This document shows positions 52,376-64,000 of a stretch of 64,000 nucleotides of DNA, piece by piece. How positions within the stretch are numbered: the stretch's first letter is position 1; every line of letters starts with the position of its first letter. This DNA is from Eledone cirrhosa (taxonomy: Eukaryota): positions 7,750,001-7,814,000 of the forward strand of contig OZ024753.1 in NCBI GenBank assembly GCA_964016885.1, given 5' to 3'. The position numbers were made by a program, and so were the translations under genes. The notes beneath the pieces were generated by a model that worked only from the letters and a program-made list of their open reading frames with translations, was not told where the DNA came from and searched no databases.

Positions 52376-52590
52376 TGGGGATGTTTAAAGGATGGGTATG
52401 TTGTGTGTGACTGCGGCATCGAACCACAGACTATGCAGCGCCTCCTGATATGTCCCCTGCTAGTGCACCCCTGTACAACATTGGACTTGGCAGAGTTTAA
52501 TGAGAAAGGACAGCAATGTGTTCAACTGTGGTGGAACCACATCTAGCCAAACTTTGTAACTGACACTCTTGTGGACACGTCAAGAAGAAC
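52376..52590 (+). mobile_element. Vingi/Ingi-like LINE 3' end
   Basis: WGCLKDGYVVCDCGIEPQTMQRLLICPLLVHPCTTLDL...W..HI* (C.CG..QT..H..CP knuckle with H>R); short UTR ending GACACG..AAGAAGA. Confidence 0.6.
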
Positions 52591-53840
52591 TCTATACATT
52601 AGATAATGTAGTCCTAGATACACTGTCTGATAACTACTAATACTAACTACTCTACTGTAAAAGTCAACTTACCTTAAATGGGACAACTCGTCTAACCCAT
52701 GCTAGCGTGGAAAACGAATGTTAAACTTTGATGATGATCATTTAAAATTCTTTGTTTATTTTTATTTCTTTGTATTTATACCATTAATTTTTCTGGTGAG
52801 GAATACTACTACAAAGAGGTCTGGGCCCACCGTATATTTCATGAGACCTTGTCTTGGCACCTGGAAAATTCTTCCCTAAAAGGCAAACCTGGGCAAAGTA
52901 GAGGTCCATATGTGCAGGTTTCCTCTCTGGATGCCACAAATGTTATTTAAGGGACAGGTTAACGGCCAATAGAACTTGGCATCGGGTAAAAAGTGCCAAA
53001 TAATCTCAGTGGAAGAAAGCTATAGTAGCAAAAGACTAAGGAAGAGCTAGGAAAAACCTGGATTGAGGTGGTGAGAGGAATTCAAAAAGTGGAAAGATGC
53101 TGTATTGTGAAGGACCCATCCAATGTGAAATGTGGAGAGATGTTGTACTGAGAAGGACCTGTCCAACCCATACAAGTATGGAACAACGGATGTAAAATGA
53201 TGATGATGATGATGGTTATGTGCATGTGTACTCAGACCTCAATGAGACAAAAGATGTATTTCTAAAGCATCACATTTGATAACTCTCCTAATCCCACCAA
53301 GAGACTTACTTTAGGAAAAAAAGTAGCATCTTTGATGCCGGAAAATATGGTAATTTAAATTGGAAACCTTTAAAATGGGTGGTTTTATTTCATAGAACCA
53401 AAGACAGTTTTGGCTGGGTTGGTAACAAAAGGGTTAAATAATTTGAATGCAAGAAACCAGAAGAAATACAGCACAACATTTAATTTAATGATTTCACAAC
53501 TCTGCCAATTCACCATCTGTTATAAAGTATATGAATTTAAACACACACCCTGAAAAGAACTGAAGTATGCAGAAGAGACCTAAATATGAAGTGGAGCCTT
53601 AATTTTGATTTTTAACCTGTGCACGAACCCAATCAGATATATGTGTTTAAATGTCAGAAAGCTAAATTGTGATTAAAGCTATCAAAAAATAAAAAAAATA
53701 CCTTGTTGATATTTCTATTTGCTTTATCATTGGACTAAAATTATCTGAAAGTATTATGTTCGCTTGTTTGCATGTTGTGTATGCTTGTGGGTGTGTATTT
53801 GTATGTATTTGTATGTATTTGTGTGTGTTAGTTTGTGTTT

Positions 53841-53871
<31 letters not shown>

Positions 53872-54849
53872 GTATTTGATCTTGATGAGGTGTTTTTTTT
53901 TTTTATTTTTATTTTAAAACATGTTCCTCTCCCTCCAACTCTCCCTCCTCCCTCTTCCACCAACTCCTCCTCCTACAATGTGCTCCATGCTGTGAATGAA
54001 CTACAAACAAGCCAGGAGAAAGAACCAAGATGACTGGGAGGGGGTATACAGTTTTGGGAAAATGGTTTTATGATAGGAAACAAAGAGATGTTATTTTTAG
54101 TTTGGGGAAATTTCTAATGTTTAATAAATAAAAAAAAAGTTCTACTTAAAGCATTTCCACAGATTTTTCTAATTACATATAATATCCAAAAATCTTAACA
54201 ATTTGGCCTAACACATTTGTGTGTCTGTGTGTGTTGAGGAAGGAGGAGTCTTGCGATGTGGAGTGGATGTTTCAGTATGTGTTACAGGCCATTGCCTGGG
54301 GATATGGCATTGCCATTTTGTATTTGGAGCATAGCTGTTCTGTCCTAGGTTTAGAGTCTATCACCCTCTCCTTTTCTCTCTTCTTTCCTCTGTTGCCTAA
54401 TAGTCCTTCTCCTTTCCTCTCCATTCTGGCATTTATAGTTCTTTCCAATACTCCTTTTTATATATATATATATGTGTGTGTATGCAGTTGAGAATAGGTA
54501 CGCAGTATCCCAGCATGTCATTTAAGGCAATGAAAAGGTCTGATGCCATAAAAGACATAAAAAGATTTTTATTCGTCCCTGCAAGGTTAAACTCTGCTAG
54601 AGAGGGGCTGTTGCCAGGAAGGACATCTTGCTATGAAGCACTGATGCATTGCCTGAGAAAAGATCCCATGAGGCGGGTACAAAGCTTGTTATAGGTCTCT
54701 GTAATGTTAACCCCTCTTCTAACTGGGCTGGCCTTAAATTGATTTTTGTCTATTCAATTTTTTTTATATTTTTCTCTTTTTCATCTGTTAAAAATGTTTC
54801 TCCAATATTGAACATTTCCTATTAAGCTGATGTTGTTAGTGCAATATAG

Positions 54850-54866
54850 ATAATAATAATAATATT

Positions 54867-54906
<40 letters not shown>

Positions 54907-55026
54907 ATGCTTGCAGGAAACGGATATTAAAACGACAGTGATGATGATGATGATGATGTATATACATATATAAATATATATATATATATATAAATGTGTA
55001 CATATATATATATATACGTGTATGTA

Positions 55027-55068
<42 letters not shown>

Positions 55069-55089
55069 GTACATGTGTGTGTGTGTATG

Positions 55090-55120
<31 letters not shown>

Positions 55121-55180
55121 TATATATGTGTGTGTTTGTTTATATATATATATAATATATATGTATATAATATACATAAA

Positions 55181-55238
<58 letters not shown>

Positions 55239-55412
55239 GCCTTCAGAAATAATTAGTATTTTTTTTTGTAAATATTTATTATTATTGTTATTATTACTAA
55301 CATCACAAACTGAACTGATTTTATTTTAAGTAGGGTTTATATGAAGAGTTAAATCAACTCTAGCAACTAAATCAACAATGAGAACAATACACAAATTTAA
55401 ACAATTTTTTCC

Positions 55413-55469
<57 letters not shown>

Positions 55470-55539
55470 TATATACACACGCACATATATATATATATGT
55501 ACACATATATTTATATATACACATATATAATATATGCAC

Positions 55540-55570
<31 letters not shown>

Positions 55571-55616
55571 CACACACACACATATATACACATATTTATG
55601 TATATATATATATACA

Positions 55617-55660
<44 letters not shown>

Positions 55661-55980
55661 CATATATATATATATATATATTATGCACACAATGCATATA
55701 TGCATATATATACATATATATATGTATGTATGCTAGCATGGAAGATAGACGTTAATCGATGATGATGATGATGATATACATACATACATAAATAACATAG
55801 CATACATACATACATACATAAATAACATAGCATACATAACATACATAGATACCATATATAGATACATACATACATACATACATACATAACATACATACAT
55901 ACCATACATACATACATAACATACATACATACCATACATAGATACCATACATAGATACCATAGATAGATAGATAGATTCA
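54850..55980. repeat. Compound TA/CA/CATA microsatellites
   Basis: Direct inspection. Confidence 0.9.
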
Positions 55981-56427
55981 TACACGCATAATATAATGGA
56001 ATATGAAAGAAGGGAAACCTAAACTACCTTCTTTTCAGGCATTGAGCAAATGTGAGGGAGGTGGTGGGGTCTGTTTATTGGTTTTATTGAACGAAAGTCT
56101 GACGCCAGCTCGTAGCTTTGCTCACAGACCTCCCATGGCAAGCAGGTCACCAGAACTCAATGTGGAACTATTTTCTTTTTTTTTTCAATCAATTTCTTGA
56201 TTAAAATTGTCAGACTTCATTGATATTCCATCGATATTTTCTATCAATCTGACTGATTGGAAGCTAAATTAATCATTACAGCGGCTGACAGATTTAATTT
56301 TATCTCAGTGAAATCAAATGCAAATTAGGTTGGTATATTTACATAATAACTTATTAAATTGTATTGATATTAGTGTAGGACTATTAAACTATAAGTCTAA
56401 TTACCAGCATACTTACGTACTCATCTG

Positions 56428-56898
56428 TGTGTACACACACACACTGACAGAGGCATACATACATACATACACACACTCAGAGACATAGATACACATAGAT
56501 ACACATACATACACATACATACACATACATACACAAACAGACATACACATACATACTCACAGAGACATACACATACATACACATACATACACAAACAGAC
56601 ATACACATACATACTCACAGAGACATACACATACATACTCAGGGACATACACATACATACTCAGGGACATACACGTACACACTCAGAGACATACACACAC
56701 ACACTCAGAGACATACACACACACACTCAGAGATATACACACACACACACTCAGAGACATACACACACACACACTCAGAGATATACACACACACACACTC
56801 ACAAAGACACACACACACTCACTCACTCACAGAGACATACATACATGCACACACTCAGACATACACACACACTCAGAGACAGACATACACACACTCAG

Positions 56899-56954
<56 letters not shown>

Positions 56955-57185
56955 AGACACACACACTCAGACACACACACTCAGACATACACACACACAC
57001 TCACAGACATGCAGACACACACAGACATGCACACACACTCAGACACACACACACTCACACTCACACTCACAGACATACACACACACACTCAGACATATAC
57101 ACACACACACTCAGACATACACACACACACTCACAGACATACACACACTCTCACAAAGACACACATACAAACACACAAACACAAT
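56428..57185. repeat. (CA)n-based compound microsatellite
   Basis: Direct inspection. Confidence 0.93.
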
Positions 57186-59330
57186 TGTATACATAGATTT
57201 TTATGGAGTTAATATCTTTTAAATTTTCCGTAAAAGACAGAATAATGAAATTTTAGTTAAACAATGTATAATACGAGTTAGAGCAGACCTTTGCCCAGTA
57301 ATGCTAAAAACTAGAACTTGATTCCTAAGGGAAGTTCCCTATTTTTAACGTAGTTTTACCATCTGATTCCACATATATAGGACAAAGCTTAAAACTTAAA
57401 ACAGAAAATATTACAACTAATAATATTTTCTGATTTAGGCACATTCGTAACAATTTGGGGTTGGGGTAGTCGTTTAACCCTGTAATGTTCAAACCGGCCA
57501 AAACCAGCCAGAATTCTCTACCTTTTTCTTTTGAAACTGGCTGTAACTGGTCACTTAAACTGATGTTAAGGTATTGTTTTCAAAATAAATACTTTCAAAA
57601 TCTCATAGATTCGATATTATGTGAGTTAATTATGTGAGATAAAGCATTTACCATGAAAATATAATAGTATATATAGAGTAATGTGAATGCTAAAGGGTTA
57701 AATAACCCCAGTTTATTACTGGTACATTATTTTATTGACCCCATAAACAAAGTAGATTTCAGCAAGATTGGGACTCAGAACATAAAAGGACATAACTTAA
57801 TGTAACAAAATACCATAACTAAAAGAGATAAGGTAATTAAAGAAGATCCATATTCTGTCTTGAGCTCAGAGGCTCATCAGGTTGGAGCTCATTTTGGTTT
57901 CGGTGGCCTTAAGCAACTGAGAGTACAAGACTCCCCATTAGACAGGACGCCACTCCATCATAGGGTTAAATCCCTGGCTATGGCTGGTACTGATTTTTCA
58001 CCTGAGTATACTGGAGCAACAGAAAATGAAGTGTTATGTTCAAGAACTCAACACACAACCCAGGCCAGAAATCTAACCCGTAACATTATGATCGTTAGTT
58101 CAACACCCTTATCACTAGGCGATGATGATGATAATGATCCGTAAGCCATAAGTTGTAGTGTAGGCAACCTATCTAGGAGAGCTACCACTCCGGATAAATT
58201 GGTGCGGGGGGTGGAAATCCCCCTAAGCCCCGTAAGACGACTTCCCTAGTGCTGATGGCATGAATAAAAGCACCCGGTCCATGCTGTAAAATGGAGGTAA
58301 TGATTGTCGTATTCAGCTATTAAAAACTATGCCAAACTATGGAGTGGAGAGGGCCCTTGAGACCAGTAAGACGACTTCCCTAGTGCTGGTGACACGAATA
58401 AAAGCACCCGGTCCATGCTGTAAAGTGGTACTGGTGATAGGAAGGGCATCCAACCAGTATAATAATGCCAAAAATTATGACGACGATGACGATGATGATT
58501 TAGATATTAGCAGATGTATTTTTTTTCTTCTTCTATCACAACCCCCCCCCCCCCCCTTCCCACGCACCATCTTGTTGTCTTGAATTCTATGCAACTAAGA
58601 ATTTCTTTCAATCTTATTAAAGTATAAGTGATGATAACGAATGGATGAGATTTAAGATTTGAAACATTATTTTTCATAAAGATCATTTAGTCAGTCCATC
58701 AATCTAGCAATCAATATATTTATTGAGTTTTATGGCATTTGGTGCTGTTCTCCTTACCAAAATGTGTGAAAAATAGGAGGAGGGTGTGAGAGCAAGGGAT
58801 AGGGTACTAGCATATGGTGCTAGAATGTGTGTATGAGAGAGAGATGGATTAAGGTGGGTCATCAAATCTCATCTGTATAATAAGGCACCTAATCCTGTAT
58901 CTTAGTTCTGGCTTTATCTGCTCCCCCGTGGCACCATAGGAACATTAATCATCTCATTATCACATGTCAATTAATTTTAAGCATTTAAGAAATCTCGAAA
59001 TCTCGGACAAATGTTGATTCACACAAACACACACACACACACACACACACTCTCTTTCACACACACACACACACTGTCTCTCTCTCTCTGTCTTTCACAC
59101 ACACATATATTCTTTTATACTTTTACTGCTTTCAGTCATTAGACTGCAGCCATTCTGTGGCACCATCTTAACCCTTTCACATTTAAACTGCTCGTATCCA
59201 GCTAGAATTCTCTCACTTCTTTGTTTTCTGTTCAAACCAGCCATAACCGGCTACTGAAGCTGATATTAAGGTATGGTTCTCAAAATAAATATCAAATTCT
59301 CATAGATTCAATATTATATGAGATAAACCA

Positions 59331-60118
59331 CTTTACAGTGTGGAATGGGTGCTTTTCGTTGTGACACATACAGGGCCACTTTACAGTGTGGACTGGGTGC
59401 TTTTTGTTGTGACACCTACACAACTACTTTACAGTGTGGACTGGGTGCTTTTTGTTGTGACACCTACACAACTACTTTACAGTGTGGGCTGGGTGCTTTT
59501 TGTCGTGACACCTACACAACTACTTTACAGTGTGGACTTGGTACTTTTTGTTGTGACACCTACACAATGATTTTACAGTGTGGGCTGGATGCTTTTTGTC
59601 GTGACACCTACACAACTACTTTACAGTGTGGGCTGGGTGCTTTTTATCATGACACCTATACAACCACTTTACAGTGTGGGCTTGGTACTTTTTGTTGTGA
59701 CACCTACACGATGATTTTACAGTGTGGGCTGGGTGCTTTTTGTCGTAACACCTACACAACCACTTTACAGTGTGGGCTGGATGCTTTTTGTTCTGACACC
59801 TACACAACCACACAACCACTTTACAGTGTGGGCTGAGTGCTTTTTGTTGTGACACCTACACGACCACTTTACAGTGTGGGCTGGATGCTTTTTGTTGTGA
59901 CACCTACACAACTACTTTACAGTGTGGGCTGGATGCTTTTTGTTGTGACACCTACACAACCACTTTACAGGGTGGGCTGAGTGCTTTTTGTTATGACACC
60001 TACACAACTATTTTACAGTGTGGGCTGGATGCTTTTTGTTCTGACACCTACACAACCACTTTACAGTGTGGGCTGAGTGCTTTTTGTTGTGACACCTACA
60101 CAACCACTTTACAGTGTG
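59331..60118. repeat. 48-bp minisatellite, ~16 copies, derived from the SINE/RTE tail
   Basis: Unit CTTTACAGTGTGGGCTGGGTGCTTTTTGTTGTGACACCTACACAACCA; compare 9557-9607. Confidence 0.95.
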
Positions 60119-60413
60119 TGTGTGATGTACTGTAGTGATCTATATGGTATTATATCTGTAGTGAGTTACAATCTAAGTCTGTTTATTTTAATTTTATATT
60201 TGTAATACAACACAGCTATCATATTGTGATAATTTTCAACAAATGTATTTTTTTCCTTTTCTCTGTGGACAGAAGAAAATGGATCTACCTGACTGGTTTC
60301 AGATCTTGTTTGTTTGTCACGAAAGATAGCTTACCATTTGATCTCCGTACCATGGAGAGAAATATAGCTCTTAGCTATACATAGTTATTAAATGTAGTTA
60401 GTTTTCTCAATTG

Positions 60414-63005
<2,592 letters not shown>

Positions 63006-63291
63006 TGATACTGTATACTTACACAATAGTGGAGTTGGTGGGGAGGGGGTTACTTGAAATGGTAAAATGACAAACTGAATTTGTGACAATGTCTAGTTAC
63101 ACACACTTTATATTCTAGTTGCAATTCTAACAGTATTGGACATTTACCTTTCATCTATATAAGGTAAATAATATCATCTCCAGTCATGCAAAGTAAATAT
63201 AAAAAAGGAAACAAAATAAAAAAAAAACATTACCGCTATCATTATATATACACACTTATATAAACATCTATATATACATATATATATATGT

Positions 63292-63711
<420 letters not shown>

Positions 63712-63729
63712 TATGTATATACATACATA

Positions 63730-64000
63730 TCATCATCATCATGATCACCTTTTTACGTCCATTTTCTTCCACGCTAGCATGGGTTACACGGGTTGTCCTG
63801 TTGTGGGCAGTGTTCAGTCGGCTGACCTTGTCTTGCTCATACGGGAACTGATTTTAGATTGATTTCTAAAGTTCGATGCCCTTCCTAACACTAACCTCAT
63901 TTACAGTGAGTGCTGGGTGCTTTTTTTCCATGGCGCCTACACGTCCACTTTACAGTGTGGGCTGGGTGCTTTTTTGCCGTGGCACCTCCACGACCACTTT
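63730..64000 (-). mobile_element. RTE-type 3' tail (runs off window)
   Basis: Matches 9338-9607. Confidence 0.9.

Noticed and set aside
59345-59836. Cys-rich 16-aa repeat protein
   Set aside because: Arises from a 48-bp minisatellite derived from a non-coding retroelement tail; later units contain stops.
60250-60360. Acceptor-like site followed by a short ORF (MDLPDWFQILFVCHER*)
   Set aside because: Stops after 16 codons, has no recognisable similarity, and no partner exon was found.

Overview
Eukaryotic, very AT-rich, repeat-saturated DNA. The SINE, RTE and microsatellite repertoire resembles an octopod (coleoid cephalopod) genome; this is inference from repeat motifs. I recognise no host protein-coding gene, and nearly all supplied ORFs are translated microsatellites. 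Supportable content: (i) 5'-truncated or decayed non-LTR retrotransposons (several RTE families, four CRE-like restriction-endonuclease-type fragments, one Vingi/Ingi-like 3' end); (ii) at least three tRNA-derived SINE families, one sharing its 3' tail with a young RTE LINE; (iii) non-autonomous DNA elements (TTAA/piggyBac-type, hAT, Tc1/mariner/pogo MITEs, Helitrons); (iv) tandem arrays with 318, ~31, 37, ~58, 48 and 143 bp units, several amplified from pieces of mobile elements. The most notable hidden signal is about 18 type-I hammerhead-ribozyme motifs (intact or 1-2 substitutions from consensus) from roughly ten sequence families. Most lie in short non-coding segments next to (TA)n tracts, and many lie in fold-back palindromes that put a ribozyme on both strands or turn inside the ribozyme. 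They are most likely Penelope-like-element termini or retrozyme-like elements, but no PLE RT/GIY-YIG ORF is visible here.
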